Positions 9,833 through 19,097 of a stretch of DNA of 64,000 nt are shown here, piece by piece. Made by a program: the position numbers and the translations under genes. The DNA is from a virus. The notes under the pieces were generated by a model. The model ran no database searches. It saw nothing but the letters and a program-made list of their open reading frames with translations, and had not been told where the DNA came from. The stretch lies in IMG/VR virus record IMGVR_UViG_3300045988_122521. One strand, written 5' to 3'. Position 1 is the stretch's first letter. The number at the start of each line of letters is the position of its first letter.

Positions 9833-9836
9833 TCTC

Positions 9837-11639
9837 TCAGTCTCCCGCGTCCTCTGACGCTTCCTGCCCCTCGGTCCCCGGCGTCCCTTCCGATACCGGT
9901 CTGCCCCCGGGGTTAATTGCCCTTTTGGCTTCTGGGGTCTGGCCGCCACTTCCGTTTCCGCCGTTTTTCGCTTCCGTAAACGTGGAACTGAGAGGTTTCC
10001 TCAAATCCATAATGCCGGATTCCAGCATCGCGCGGCTTATGGACATATCATCCAGCAGGGACATATTGTTCATAGCCAGATATTTTAGCGTTGCCGGCAG
10101 TATGCCCAGCGTCATATCTTTTCTCAGGCTTTCTCTCAAATCATTGTCCGTGGCAATGTCCCCGAAACACTCAAATCGCCAGGAATATTTCAGGTTCAGC
10201 CCATCCATGATGCCCTGCATCATCCGCTCGTAGCAGCGGTATATCTGCTCGGCAAACTTGCTCTCTATCTGCAAGCTGATGTTCGCCACGCCCGCCCGCG
10301 GTTCGTCGCTGGTGGGGATCAGTGCGCTCAGCCCCGCCTTCGCCATGGTGTAGCCGTACCCTGCGGAGCTTATCTTCGTGGCGCTGGGCGCCTCTGCCAG
10401 CTGGTGCAGTTCCATGTTCCGCAGGGGCGCCGCATACCAGCCAATGCCGCTGGTGTTGTTTTCCGCCAGTTCGTCGTAAAACCGCGTGCGGAAAAGCTCC
10501 CAGCCGGCGTTGCTCAGCTTGTAGCTATCCGACTGCTGCCGGTTGGCATCATCTGCATACTCTATCTCCCCTGTCAGCAGAGAGATCAGCGGGTTCTGCA
10601 CCAGCTCCAGCTGTATCTGCTCGTACTGGGCGATCTGGATAAACGACAGGAAAAGTCCCGTCAGTGGAGATACCACCGCCGTCTGCGCATCGTCTATCTC
10701 AAAGGGGTATACCGCGTCCACCGGCAGCGTCACCCAGTAGCACCATTTCCCGTTCTGATAGTACACGTCCGGGTCTCCCGGCAGCACGCCGCCGTCCTGC
10801 TCCGCTGCTGTTTTCAGCTCGGTAAAGCGGTTCATATTGATGGTGTTCTTCGCCGCGTATACATACCGGGTTCCCGCGCCCTTGGGCGGTCTCGCCGCCA
10901 CCTGGGTGAATATGCCCCAGTAGGGCTTAAACAGGTCCCCGAACTGCGCCGGCTCACAGCCCGGCTTCAGGAAGTACATCATGTTAAAGGCCACGGTGTA
11001 CTTCGACACGCTGTTGAACCCCACGATCTTCACCCAGTCGCTGGGCAGCTGCTGCATAAAGGCGTAGTTCACCTTGTTGTGGGGCTTGTCCACGCTCACG
11101 CGGGGATAGTAGAATACCTTGCCCTCCTGCACCGCCTGCCCCGCCAGCTTGTGGGCCGTGGTCTTTACGTCCAGCTTGCGCCGCAGCTTCTCCAGCAGCT
11201 TCCACTCCCGCCAGAAATCGTCGTTCTTCGCCGTGTCCTTGTCGGTGAACTCCGGGGCGATGTAGCTGTGATACGTCAGCAGATCCTGGTACATCTTCCG
11301 GGTGTGGAAAAGCGGATAGGCCGTAAATTCCAGCCCGTGCTCCACCTGCCGCAGCCCCTGCTCATTGCCCAGCGGGGCGGTCAGCATCTCTGCCACCGTA
11401 TTCTTGGTAAAGTCCTCCGGCAGCGAGGAGATGGCCTGCACCCTTCGGTTCTGTATATAGGGGTTCACCCGTGCCGACTGGCTCATGCTCACCCGGCTGA
11501 AGGCGCTGGCCAGCGCCCCTGCCGGCATATTGCCGTACTGCTCCGCCAGCGCGTTGAACCGCTTGAATATCTCCGGGTAGGTGCCGCAGGCTACGCTCTG
11601 CAATTCACTTGTCAGGTTCCTCCGCTTCTCCTGCTCCAT
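9837..11639 (-). CDS. Portal protein (putative)
   Basis: 600-aa ORF immediately downstream of the large terminase. Size and position are typical of a portal. Confidence 0.65.
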   Translation of the reverse strand: MEQEKRRNLTSELQSVACGTYPEIFKRFNALAEQYGNMPAGALASAFSRVSMSQSARVNPYIQNRRVQAISSLPEDFTKNTVAEMLTAPLGNEQGLRQVEHGLEFTAYPLFHTRKMYQDLLTYHSYIAPEFTDKDTAKNDDFWREWKLLEKLRRKLDVKTTAHKLAGQAVQEGKVFYYPRVSVDKPHNKVNYAFMQQLPSDWVKIVGFNSVSKYTVAFNMMYFLKPGCEPAQFGDLFKPYWGIFTQVAARPPKGAGTRYVYAAKNTINMNRFTELKTAAEQDGGVLPGDPDVYYQNGKWCYWVTLPVDAVYPFEIDDAQTAVVSPLTGLFLSFIQIAQYEQIQLELVQNPLISLLTGEIEYADDANRQQSDSYKLSNAGWELFRTRFYDELAENNTSGIGWYAAPLRNMELHQLAEAPSATKISSAGYGYTMAKAGLSALIPTSDEPRAGVANISLQIESKFAEQIYRCYERMMQGIMDGLNLKYSWRFECFGDIATDNDLRESLRKDMTLGILPATLKYLAMNNMSLLDDMSISRAMLESGIMDLRKPLSSTFTEAKNGGNGSGGQTPEAKRAINPGGRPVSEGTPGTEGQEASEDAGD

Positions 11640-11976
11640 GCGCCGCCTCCTCGTCTATGCGGGAGCGCTCTTTTTCCAGCTCCCTCTCCCACGCGTCCAG
11701 CAGCTCGTTCAGCCGCTTCTGCGTGTCAGCCATGTTCTTTTTCACCCCGCCCGCCAGCACCGCCGCGATGCAGTCCGCCAGCCACAGCCGGTCTCGCTCC
11801 GTCAGGCGCTTCAGATCAGCGCCTTTGATCTCCACCGTCTGCATTTTCTTCGGTGCCGCAGTGCGGTACAGCAGCACATACCCCGCCGTTATCCGCACAA
11901 AGCGCTCCTTTTCCGCCAGCGCCACCGTTTCGCCTGTCACCCGCGCCGCGTACAGTCTGTACTTCCTTGCCGCCAT
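11605..11976 (-). CDS. Hypothetical protein between terL and portal
   Basis: 123-aa ORF. Overlaps the portal start by 35 nt. Confidence 0.4.
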   Translation of the reverse strand: MAARKYRLYAARVTGETVALAEKERFVRITAGYVLLYRTAAPKKMQTVEIKGADLKRLTERDRLWLADCIAAVLAGGVKKNMADTQKRLNELLDAWERELEKERSRIDEEAAHGAGEAEEPDK

Positions 11977-11977
11977 T

Positions 11978-13834
11978 TCAGCATATCCTCCCGCCGCGCC
12001 GCGCCGTCACCGTGCGGCCTCCCGCGCCGGCTGCCGCCGCTCTGTGCGGTGCCGCGGCACGGTTTTTGTATTTTGCCAGCTCCGCGTCCCAGTCGCTCTT
12101 GTGCCGCACCGCCTGCGCCAGTTCCTCTCGCTCCAGTATCTGCGCCACCCGCAGCGCATATTTCAGCGCCGACCATATATCGCGCTGTATGTGCTTGGAA
12201 ATGCGTTCTTCCTTCTGCGTCGTGCCGCTGGCCACCTTTTTCAGGTTCTGTATCTGCCCCACCAGCTCCCGGGTCTTTATGTAGGGGTCGGCCAGCATGG
12301 CATCCATGCTGTCGTCCTTGATCCGGTGGTACTTCTTGTAGTTCTCCACGCCCTCGTTCACGTTAGAGCACAGCAGCTCCACGTTCCGGTTCTCGAATTG
12401 CAGTTCCGCGTACCGCACCATCTCCGCGTCCGGATCCGTCACGCCAGCGCCGCCCGCCTTGATGGGGTACAGGCACGGCACGGCGTTCTCCTGTTCCAGT
12501 TCCGTGAATCTTGCGTGGTTCCTTACGCACAGCGGCGCAAGGCCGTCTCCCAGGTCCATCATCAGGTTCTCCACCACGCTGGTGCCGTACTGCCATGCGT
12601 CTATGGCCAGGTACGTGGGTGCTCCGCCCTCATAGCAGAAGCGGCTCCACACGTCCTTGATCCGCTGTGCCTGCATCATGCTCTTTACAGGAGGGTTCCA
12701 CACGTCCACATACACCGCCTGCTTCAGGTAGCGGTCCCGCTTCAGCCAGTCCGTCTGCCGTGTGCATTTCAGTACCACGCAGGCGCATTTCGCGTTTTTC
12801 TTGTCGTCGGCGTAGGATACGTCATACCCCACGATGTAGATCACGTCCTCCGGCTTCAGTTTGTTGCCTATGTCGTAGGCGCAGTGCCGGTTCTCCGCGA
12901 TCATCAGTTTGCGGCACTCCGCCAGCACCTCGTCCCGCACGATGGGGTTGCTGTCCGCCCCGGTGTAGCGGCTTTCCATCTCGCGCATCCATCGCTCCGG
13001 CGTCAGTTTCGTCCGCAGCTTCTGCGCCCACGAATAGGGCCGCATCTGCTGCAGTACCACACACTCCCACGATATGTCATAGGCATAGGCGCTCTCGCCC
13101 GCCAGCATGGCTTTCATATTCTCGCACCGCGTTTCGTAAGCGTGGTTCTGCTTCCGCCCCGCGCTGGTAATGGCGTGATCCTTGTAGGGGATATAGTTGG
13201 GGTCCGGCTTACCGTTTACATTGTGCGTCAGTCGCACAGCCGGCAGCACCACCGTCGTGTATTCCGCGAAGTCGAACGCCGGATTTTCTTCCTGTGCGTA
13301 CTCCTCCGCCGTCACGTCGTGAATGTTGTCACCGCGCATGGCGGATATGTAAAAGGCACTCCCGCAGTCTGTCTCTATCTTAAAGTCGTCCTTGCTCTCC
13401 GCCGTCACCCGCCACTGTCTGGACAGTGCCGGGTAGTCGTGTTCTATCTGGCGGAAGGTCTTGCTGCCTATGGTCGCCATTTGTTTGTATGCCGGGCCAT
13501 AGTAGGCACTCTGCGTCCCTGGCCATACCAGCCCGTTCAGTTCTGCATACTTGAACTTCGTGCTGGTCTTTGTCACGCCTCGCGTTCCGGTAAAGGAAAC
13601 AGAAGCCTTGCGGGCGTATACCCGCACCATCACCCGCTGCAGCAGTTCCTCGTTGGCAAAGTCCGCCGTCGGGCTCCTGAATACGTCCAGCGCCTTATCC
13701 GGGTAGAATCGGCACACCCATACCAAAAATGCCCAAAAGGCGTCCTCATAGTTTTCGTAGCTACGCTCCTGCGTGGGCTTTTTTGTCACCCAGCCCAGTC
13801 CGGCCACATACGCTTTACCCGTTCGCCTCGCCAT
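11978..13834 (-). CDS. terL: Terminase large subunit (putative)
   Basis: 618 aa, Walker-A-like FTGTRGVTKTS, directly upstream of the portal-size gene. Confidence 0.7.
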   Translation of the reverse strand: MARRTGKAYVAGLGWVTKKPTQERSYENYEDAFWAFLVWVCRFYPDKALDVFRSPTADFANEELLQRVMVRVYARKASVSFTGTRGVTKTSTKFKYAELNGLVWPGTQSAYYGPAYKQMATIGSKTFRQIEHDYPALSRQWRVTAESKDDFKIETDCGSAFYISAMRGDNIHDVTAEEYAQEENPAFDFAEYTTVVLPAVRLTHNVNGKPDPNYIPYKDHAITSAGRKQNHAYETRCENMKAMLAGESAYAYDISWECVVLQQMRPYSWAQKLRTKLTPERWMREMESRYTGADSNPIVRDEVLAECRKLMIAENRHCAYDIGNKLKPEDVIYIVGYDVSYADDKKNAKCACVVLKCTRQTDWLKRDRYLKQAVYVDVWNPPVKSMMQAQRIKDVWSRFCYEGGAPTYLAIDAWQYGTSVVENLMMDLGDGLAPLCVRNHARFTELEQENAVPCLYPIKAGGAGVTDPDAEMVRYAELQFENRNVELLCSNVNEGVENYKKYHRIKDDSMDAMLADPYIKTRELVGQIQNLKKVASGTTQKEERISKHIQRDIWSALKYALRVAQILEREELAQAVRHKSDWDAELAKYKNRAAAPHRAAAAGAGGRTVTARRGGRIC

Positions 13835-14834
13835 CGGTGTTCACATCCTCTGCGTTTGCTTTGGGCTTACCCGGCTTTTTCTTCTTTTTCACCGGGCGCA
13901 TCCGCACCAGCCCCAGCTTTTCGTAGGCTTCTTTCTCCGCCTCGTTTGGTTTCTCTGCAAACTCGCCCAGATTGTCCTCCAGCCGCATCTCGTCCGGCAG
14001 TTCTGTCAGCTCCGGCAGTCCGTCGTTCTGCCGCATCCGGTTTTCGTTTATCAGTATCATCTGGTCGGCAGCATCCCGCGTGTAGGGATATTTGCACGGC
14101 CGTCCGAAGAATATACGGAATGCCTCGTCCGGTTCGCAGGGCTTCCCGTTTTTCAGCAGTCCCGCCCGCTCCAGCGCCACCACCATGTTGTCCAGCCGCA
14201 GGTCCTCCACCGGCTTCGTGTCCTTCTTTCGCAGGTTTTCCGATGCCAGGTTCTCCTGTATCATGCTGGATAGCTTCTTGGCCTTGTCAATGGCGCCCAT
14301 CTCCGCGGCGTCGTTCATCTGCTTTGTCCACTTCGCCACGTTCCGCAGGATCAGCTGCTGCTTGGCGCTCACCGCCTGCTCCCCGCCAAAGTCGGCACAC
14401 AGCGCGTTATAGATGCGGTCAAACTCGTTGTAGTCCTCGCTGGTGTAGGGCATTTTCCCCGTTCCCTCGCCCCAGTCGGCGGCCTGCCGCTTGGTGCCCT
14501 GCCTGCCGTCCCGTGCGCTCTTCTCCGCGCTCACCGCCTTGGTGAAGTTGCCGTTCTCCAGCCCCTCTCCGAATATCTTGGTGATGTCCGTCAGCCCATC
14601 GAGAAAGCCCAGTTCTCCGCCTCCCGGCGTCCGGTCCAGTTTCTTTTTCGCCAGCTTATCGCAATAGGCCATCCACTTGTTTTTGCTCCCGCTCGCCGGC
14701 AGCGCGTTCATGTCGAAGGGCTTGTTGAAGCGTATGCAGGCATAAAAATAAGCCAAACTCTCCCCCACCGCGTCTGCCAGCTGGTTGTAATACGCCTGCT
14801 GCTTTTCCGCGCTCACCGGTTCCAGTTCAGCCAT
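13815..14834 (-). CDS. Terminase small subunit / packaging accessory protein (position-based)
   Basis: 339-aa ORF, first gene of the late operon, overlapping the terL start. Lys-rich C-terminus. Confidence 0.4.
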   Translation of the reverse strand: MAELEPVSAEKQQAYYNQLADAVGESLAYFYACIRFNKPFDMNALPASGSKNKWMAYCDKLAKKKLDRTPGGGELGFLDGLTDITKIFGEGLENGNFTKAVSAEKSARDGRQGTKRQAADWGEGTGKMPYTSEDYNEFDRIYNALCADFGGEQAVSAKQQLILRNVAKWTKQMNDAAEMGAIDKAKKLSSMIQENLASENLRKKDTKPVEDLRLDNMVVALERAGLLKNGKPCEPDEAFRIFFGRPCKYPYTRDAADQMILINENRMRQNDGLPELTELPDEMRLEDNLGEFAEKPNEAEKEAYEKLGLVRMRPVKKKKKPGKPKANAEDVNTDGEANG

Positions 14835-14855
14835 GCCGCACTCCTCTCTTTTAGG

Positions 14856-14899
14856 TAAAAAAAATGGTACTTGCAGAGTCTTCCACTCTTACAAGTACC
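14856..14899 (-). terminator. Rho-independent terminator immediately upstream of the late operon
   Basis: Minus-strand hairpin GGTACTTG..CAAGTACC (34 nt, near-perfect) followed by a T9 run. It ends about 20 nt before the terS-like start. Confidence 0.6.
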
Positions 14900-14932
14900 A
14901 TTGTCGCAGTTTTCCAGAATGGTGAGGGACTT

Positions 14933-15163
14933 TTAAGTCCCTTTCTTATTTTTTTCTTCCCGGCCCAAAAGATAGTCCACAGTCACGCCGAAATAGTCCG
15001 ACAGTGCCTCCAACGAGGAGGACTTTGGTTCCATCTCTCCTTCCTCATACCGTCGTATCATGTGCTGGCTCAGTCCGCACAGCTCCGCCAGCACCCGGCG
15101 CTTGAGATGCTTTCTCTCCCGCAGCATCCGCAGCCGCCTGCAAAACACCTCATTGACAGCCAT
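14933..15163 (-). CDS. XRE-family HTH DNA-binding protein
   Basis: Start MAVNEVFCRRLRMLRE. Typical HTH_3 pattern ..LAELCGLSQHMIRRYEEGE..P....L..L.DYFGVTVDYLLG. ATGA overlap with the upstream gene. Confidence 0.7.
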   Translation of the reverse strand: MAVNEVFCRRLRMLRERKHLKRRVLAELCGLSQHMIRRYEEGEMEPKSSSLEALSDYFGVTVDYLLGREEKNKKGT

Positions 15164-15441
15164 CAGCCGCCCTCCCGTTCCGGTTCGCGCTTCATGGCTT
15201 CCAGCAGCTGCTGTGCTTCCATGTCGGAGATCACGAGTCCCTTGGCCCGCCGCGCCACGATGCTGGCAAGGCGATCCTCCCGCGCCCGCTTTCTGCTCTT
15301 GTAAAACGCGCACTTTCCGCACTCCGCACATACCAGCGTGTTCAGCCCCGCGCACTCTCCCTTTTCCGACACATACAGGTCGCAAGTGACCTTGGGCTTG
15401 TACGGCCTTGCGCCCACCACCATTTTCTTCCCGCTGTTCAT
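15163..15441 (-). CDS. Small Cys-containing hypothetical protein
   Basis: Start MNSGKKMVVG with a GGAGG RBS and an ATGA overlap with the upstream membrane-protein stop. Has CAECGKC. Confidence 0.45.
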   Translation of the reverse strand: MNSGKKMVVGARPYKPKVTCDLYVSEKGECAGLNTLVCAECGKCAFYKSRKRAREDRLASIVARRAKGLVISDMEAQQLLEAMKREPEREGG

Positions 15442-15825
15442 TTCTTCCGCCTTTCCTCCTGCCACGCTTCCCATGCTACCCATCCGGAGATCACCGCCGT
15501 GTACAGGATCACGCTGCAGCATACGCAGCCGATGGCCGTTTCGTATACCCTGCCGTACACCAACAGCACCGCCGCCAGCAGCCCCAGCACCACGGTCAGC
15601 AGGCCGAATGCCGCTATGTATCGTTCCATCATTACCCGTCTCCTCCTTGTCCAAGTCCTCCGCCACCACGGCGTATTTTTTGATCTTTCCGTGCCATGCC
15701 TTGCTGACGATAGAGTGGAATATCCGTGCATTGGCACAGCCCAGCGTGGCCGCGCACTGCACGGCGTTGCCGAAAGCCAGCACCTCATCCGTCCGGGCGT
15801 CATACACGGTGTAGTACATCCTCAT
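15163..15825 (-). CDS. Open frame starting MRMYYTVYDARTDEV..; only the first ~65 aa look protein-like (see finding)
   Basis: GGAGGG RBS before the ATG at 15825. There is no in-frame stop until 15163, so the frame runs through the membrane-protein gene and into the next gene. Confidence 0.25.
   Translation of the reverse strand: MRMYYTVYDARTDEVLAFGNAVQCAATLGCANARIFHSIVSKAWHGKIKKYAVVAEDLDKEETGNDGTIHSGIRPADRGAGAAGGGAVGVRQGIRNGHRLRMLQRDPVHGGDLRMGSMGSVAGGKAEEMNSGKKMVVGARPYKPKVTCDLYVSEKGECAGLNTLVCAECGKCAFYKSRKRAREDRLASIVARRAKGLVISDMEAQQLLEAMKREPEREGG
15438..15632 (-). CDS. Small membrane protein (2 predicted TM helices)
   Basis: Start MMERYIAAFGLLTVVLGLLAAVLLV with an AGGAGG RBS. Hydrophobic, unlike the overlapping frame. 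Confidence 0.5.
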   Translation of the reverse strand: MMERYIAAFGLLTVVLGLLAAVLLVYGRVYETAIGCVCCSVILYTAVISGWVAWEAWQEERRKK

Positions 15826-16136
15826 GTCTTGGCTTCCCTCCGTTCGCCGTAGGAGCAGAAGTCCTCCGGTTTGCGGCTCTGCCATGCCTCTGGATGTACG
15901 TTTCCGTCCGAGTAGATTTTCAGGCAGACACCCATGTCGTAGTGCTTGCAGTCCTTACACCGCACTACCAGAGCAACATCGGCGGGCTTGAAACAATCTA
16001 CCTCATCGAGCATATCGTCAACCCAACAGGCACGACACCAGCATCCGTTGTGGTCTTTTCCCTCCGCCTTGCACGGCTTGCAATAATGCTCCTCTACGCT
16101 TTTCTTAAACGCTTCCCTGTCAATGTATTCGGACAT
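15822..16136 (-). CDS. Cys-rich hypothetical protein
   Basis: Start MSEYIDREAF. 104 aa with several CxxC pairs. Confidence 0.5.
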   Translation of the reverse strand: MSEYIDREAFKKSVEEHYCKPCKAEGKDHNGCWCRACWVDDMLDEVDCFKPADVALVVRCKDCKHYDMGVCLKIYSDGNVHPEAWQSRKPEDFCSYGERREAKT

Positions 16137-16138
16137 TG

Positions 16139-16693
16139 TCAGCACTCCTCCACATAGCACCAGCTTTGGGGTGGGCGACCGATAACCCGGCCATCACAAT
16201 CCATTTTGGTATAGTTGTAATAAGGGCAGGCACAGCAATCGGCATCGACTCTACATAGCGTCTTGAACTCACTCAGTTCCCTCGGCGTGTCATAGGCCAC
16301 CAGGTCGGAGATATGCCACCCATAGCCTTTTGCCGTGCGCAGATACTCGTGCATTTCTCTAAGGGTAAGACACGATTGCCGAGCCACATTGTTTGTCGTT
16401 GGCTGGTCGCCGCCCTCGACATAGTAGCTTCCGCCAGCGGATTTCGTTTCCAGCCCGTAGATTCGGTCACAGGTGAACTCCCCGATGACCTTTCCGCCGC
16501 CGTAAAATTGCGGCTTTGGGTACTCCGTCTCAATAAAGTCTTCATGCGGGTACTTCGCCTGCGTGCAGTAGATATAGCACTTGAACGGCGGTGCCATCCG
16601 CGGCCTCGTCTTGCGTACCTCGATGGTTTTCTCCCCGTTGGCGATCTTCTCGCACCACTTCGGGCGGATGCTGATCAGTACAGCTTTGCTCAT
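16139..16693 (-). CDS. ASCH-domain protein
   Basis: MSKAVLISIRPKWCEKIANGEKTIEVRKTRP is an ASCH-like N-terminus. Paralog of 38358..38945; both end RPPQSWCYVEE. Confidence 0.65.
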   Translation of the reverse strand: MSKAVLISIRPKWCEKIANGEKTIEVRKTRPRMAPPFKCYIYCTQAKYPHEDFIETEYPKPQFYGGGKVIGEFTCDRIYGLETKSAGGSYYVEGGDQPTTNNVARQSCLTLREMHEYLRTAKGYGWHISDLVAYDTPRELSEFKTLCRVDADCCACPYYNYTKMDCDGRVIGRPPQSWCYVEEC

Positions 16694-16917
16694 TTCTCCC
16701 CCTCCTGCTTCAATATCCCCATGTCTACACACAGATCGATCAGTTTGTCATCGTTCAGGTCTATGGCTCGCTGCGCGATGTCGCGCAAATACCCTGACAA
16801 CAGTTCGAGACCAACTGCAATTCCGAATGCGTTTGCCTTGACCGTCCTGCTTCTACTTTCGCTCAAGGTCCTGTCAATGGTCGAAAGCAGGTTGTTATAA
16901 TCCATCTTTATTCTCAT
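16690..16917 (-). CDS. Hypothetical protein
   Basis: 75-aa ORF with a 4-nt overlap with the next gene. Confidence 0.45.
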   Translation of the reverse strand: MRIKMDYNNLLSTIDRTLSESRSRTVKANAFGIAVGLELLSGYLRDIAQRAIDLNDDKLIDLCVDMGILKQEGEK

Positions 16918-16932
16918 GCAGTTATCCCTCCA

Positions 16933-17091
16933 TCAGCTCATATTACGCACTGTCAGCGCAGTATACAGCAGGCACGCGCCCAGCCACTGCAAGCTGGTAG
17001 CCCAGTCTCCTTTGCCGATAATGTTCACCACGAAACTTCCCAGGGCTCCGGCCACCATCAGCAGCGGGAAAACAATTTTCAAAATTTCCAT
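16933..17091 (-). CDS. Small membrane protein
   Basis: 52 aa, MEILKIVFPLLMVAGALGSFVVNIIG... Below the ORF-track size cut-off; found by hand translation. Confidence 0.4.
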   Translation of the reverse strand: MEILKIVFPLLMVAGALGSFVVNIIGKGDWATSLQWLGACLLYTALTVRNMS

Positions 17092-17309
17092 CACTCCACA
17101 TCCACATACGCCAATCTCAAAATATCGTCTACTAAACTGTCACAGCTGTCGCAGATGTAATCACCAGAATCATCGTAAAACTGATATGCTGTGCATGGTA
17201 CAGCTTTAATCCCGGTGTATAACTCCAAACGTCTGATAAATTCGCCGTAATCGGATTCTTCAAGCGTTCTAAGCTCTTGAAACTGCTGTCTTGTGATGCT
17301 GTTCATCAC
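17091..17309 (-). CDS. Hypothetical protein
   Basis: 72-aa acidic ORF, packed in the operon. Confidence 0.45.
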   Translation of the reverse strand: MMNSITRQQFQELRTLEESDYGEFIRRLELYTGIKAVPCTAYQFYDDSGDYICDSCDSLVDDILRLAYVDVE

Positions 17310-17641
17310 TCCACCTCCTGACCCCAGAATTCTTTACGACAGTCAGCGCACAGCCGTTTTGTACAGTTACCGTATCTGTTCCGGCAATCAGTGGAAATGC
17401 GCTTTGGGCATAGCACCAAACACCCGCTGCTGTCAATTTCCCCCTCCGGATACTGCTTCAGAAATACGCTCTGCCGCGTTTTGCGCGGGTGCAGTGCAGA
17501 CCATTCCTCGACAGTGGCAACCTCGAGTTCCGGATTGTCATCTTCTGTGCAGCCCTGCCCGGTAGCGTAAACCGGGCAGGCAACACAAGGCCGTTCGGCG
17601 CACATTCTCTTGCGCTCTTGCAGAAACCTTACAGCGTCCAT
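17306..17641 (-). CDS. Cys-rich hypothetical protein
   Basis: 111 aa with many Cys (CAERPCVACPVY.., CLVLCPK, CADCRKE). Confidence 0.5.
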   Translation of the reverse strand: MDAVRFLQERKRMCAERPCVACPVYATGQGCTEDDNPELEVATVEEWSALHPRKTRQSVFLKQYPEGEIDSSGCLVLCPKRISTDCRNRYGNCTKRLCADCRKEFWGQEVE

Positions 17642-17884
17642 TTACTTCTCCCTCCATTTGCACTCGTCACAGGCGCCCTCGTGTGCTTGTTTGTACTTCC
17701 CGCAGTATTGACATAGCTCGTTGACAAGGGCCTTGCGGTCTGCCGCCAGCTTCTCGTTTGCGGCCATCAAACTACTATTGGTACCATCCAACTGCGAAAT
17801 GCAGTTACAAGCAGCTTCTAACTCGTCACGCAGGTCAATTAGTCTTTTTCTCAGCTTCGCAGTGTACTTAGTCACCAGATCCAT
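17642..17884 (-). CDS. Hypothetical coiled-coil protein
   Basis: 80-aa ORF. Confidence 0.45.
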   Translation of the reverse strand: MDLVTKYTAKLRKRLIDLRDELEAACNCISQLDGTNSSLMAANEKLAADRKALVNELCQYCGKYKQAHEGACDECKWREK

Positions 17885-18329
17885 CGTCCTCCTCCTTTTC
17901 CCACCGAATTTTCATTTGTGCCGGGTATAGGTCAACCTCCGGTCTGCGCTTACCCGTCCACCGCAAACCGCCAGCCTGTCCCACGCATTTCCAGCCGCTG
18001 GCTTTCAGACTCACACCGCTTTCGCTGTCCAGTATGTAGGTCACAAGCCGCTTATAGCCCATCGCCCTCGCCGCCCGCCAAGCGGCGGCGTACAGCATGG
18101 AACAGGCGTTGCGGGTTCCGTCTGTGCAGAGGCGGTTTACTTCCAGCGTCCACCCGTCGTCTAAATGCCGCGCCACAGGTCTGCCCACAATAGCCACGCC
18201 CACGATTTCCTTTCCGTCCGTGCAGCCGATGGAAAACTTGTGTCCCACCACCGGTTTATGGTGTCGGTGGTGCTGCTCCACAAAGGCGTTCGCCTCCTTG
18301 AGCGTCATCGGGCATACTTCAAGGCTCAT
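17868..18329 (-). CDS. GNAT-fold protein, possibly Mom-like DNA-modification enzyme
   Basis: 153 aa. The pattern LKEANAFVEQHHRHHKPVVGHKFSIG..GVAIVGRPVARHLDDGWTLEVNRLCT..NACSMLY resembles phage acyltransferase-fold (Mom/XF1762-like) families. Assignment is from memory. Confidence 0.4.
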   Translation of the reverse strand: MSLEVCPMTLKEANAFVEQHHRHHKPVVGHKFSIGCTDGKEIVGVAIVGRPVARHLDDGWTLEVNRLCTDGTRNACSMLYAAAWRAARAMGYKRLVTYILDSESGVSLKASGWKCVGQAGGLRWTGKRRPEVDLYPAQMKIRWEKEEDDGSGD

Positions 18330-18598
18330 TTCTGCTCCTTCACCGCCACGGCCTTGGCAAACTGCGCCAGTCCATCACTCATGTCCGCGATCTGCGCATC
18401 CCGCCGCAGTACGGTGTCCCGCAGTCCGGCGTTGGCTTTCATCAGTGCCTCGATGTGCCGCTGCTGGTTCTCGATCAGGTCGGCGGCGGCATCCAACACT
18501 CGTTCTTGGCAACGCTGCCTATCATTGTGGATTGTGCAGCCATGACACTCTCCCTCGGCACAGCACCGCAGCGCGGTCACAATCTCATCTCTTGTCAT
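18326..18598 (-). CDS. Hypothetical protein, paralog of 19078..19374
   Basis: Shares MTRDEIVTALRCCA, AADLIENQQRHIEAL, LRDTVLRRDAQI and GLAQFAKAVAV with its paralog. Confidence 0.5.
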   Translation of the reverse strand: MTRDEIVTALRCCAEGECHGCTIHNDRQRCQERVLDAAADLIENQQRHIEALMKANAGLRDTVLRRDAQIADMSDGLAQFAKAVAVKEQK

Positions 18599-18599
18599 G

Positions 18600-19097
18600 T
18601 CATTCCTCCATAAGTTTCATAAAACATCCCCAAAATGTCTGTGACTTCTTTCCGCTATGATGCCCAAAAAGCGGGCGTTCTCCGATTGCTGCCCACACAT
18701 CTGCTGCTGGTATCTGAGTTTCAGCCCACTTGAAAATCAATACGCCGTCAGGCTTCAATACGCGCATACATTCTTGAAATCCGTCATGCAGCATTTCGCG
18801 CCAGTTCTCGCCGAGCTGTCCGTACTTCTTCCGCATCCACGCATTTTCTCCAACGCGGCGCAAATGCGGTGGGTCAAAAACAACAAGAGAAAATGTGTTG
18901 TCCGAAAACGGCAGATCCGTAAAATCGCACTGTATGTCTGGATGGATGATGCACTTGCGCTCAGAATCGTGGTAGGTGCTTGACCAGACCGCGGAACATT
19001 CCTCGTCGCGGATATCGCAGTAGACTACCGCCGGATGCTGCTTGTCAAACCAGATAGTCCTGCTTCCACACGTCACGTCAAGTATCTTCTTTTCCAT
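18600..19097 (-). CDS. SAM-dependent (DNA?) methyltransferase, small
   Basis: Start MEKKILDVTCGSR with a GGAGG RBS. Has a DPPH motif (VVFDPPHL) and a glycine-poor motif I LDVTCGS. Confidence 0.55.
   Translation of the reverse strand: MEKKILDVTCGSRTIWFDKQHPAVVYCDIRDEECSAVWSSTYHDSERKCIIHPDIQCDFTDLPFSDNTFSLVVFDPPHLRRVGENAWMRKKYGQLGENWREMLHDGFQECMRVLKPDGVLIFKWAETQIPAADVWAAIGERPLFGHHSGKKSQTFWGCFMKLMEE

Noticed and set aside
43-14545. Very long plus-strand ORFs antisense to the phage late genes (for example 43-1839, 5424-6932, 7477-8517, 10404-11828, 11609-14545). There are similar ones elsewhere: 19124-20647, 25589-27244, 45712-46788(-), 47552-49357(-), 49850-50836(-).
   Set aside because: They are Arg/Pro/Gly/His/Ala-rich low-complexity translations lacking RBS context. 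Each lies opposite an ORF with recognisable domains or operon packing. This is the typical stop-poor antisense frame of high-GC DNA.
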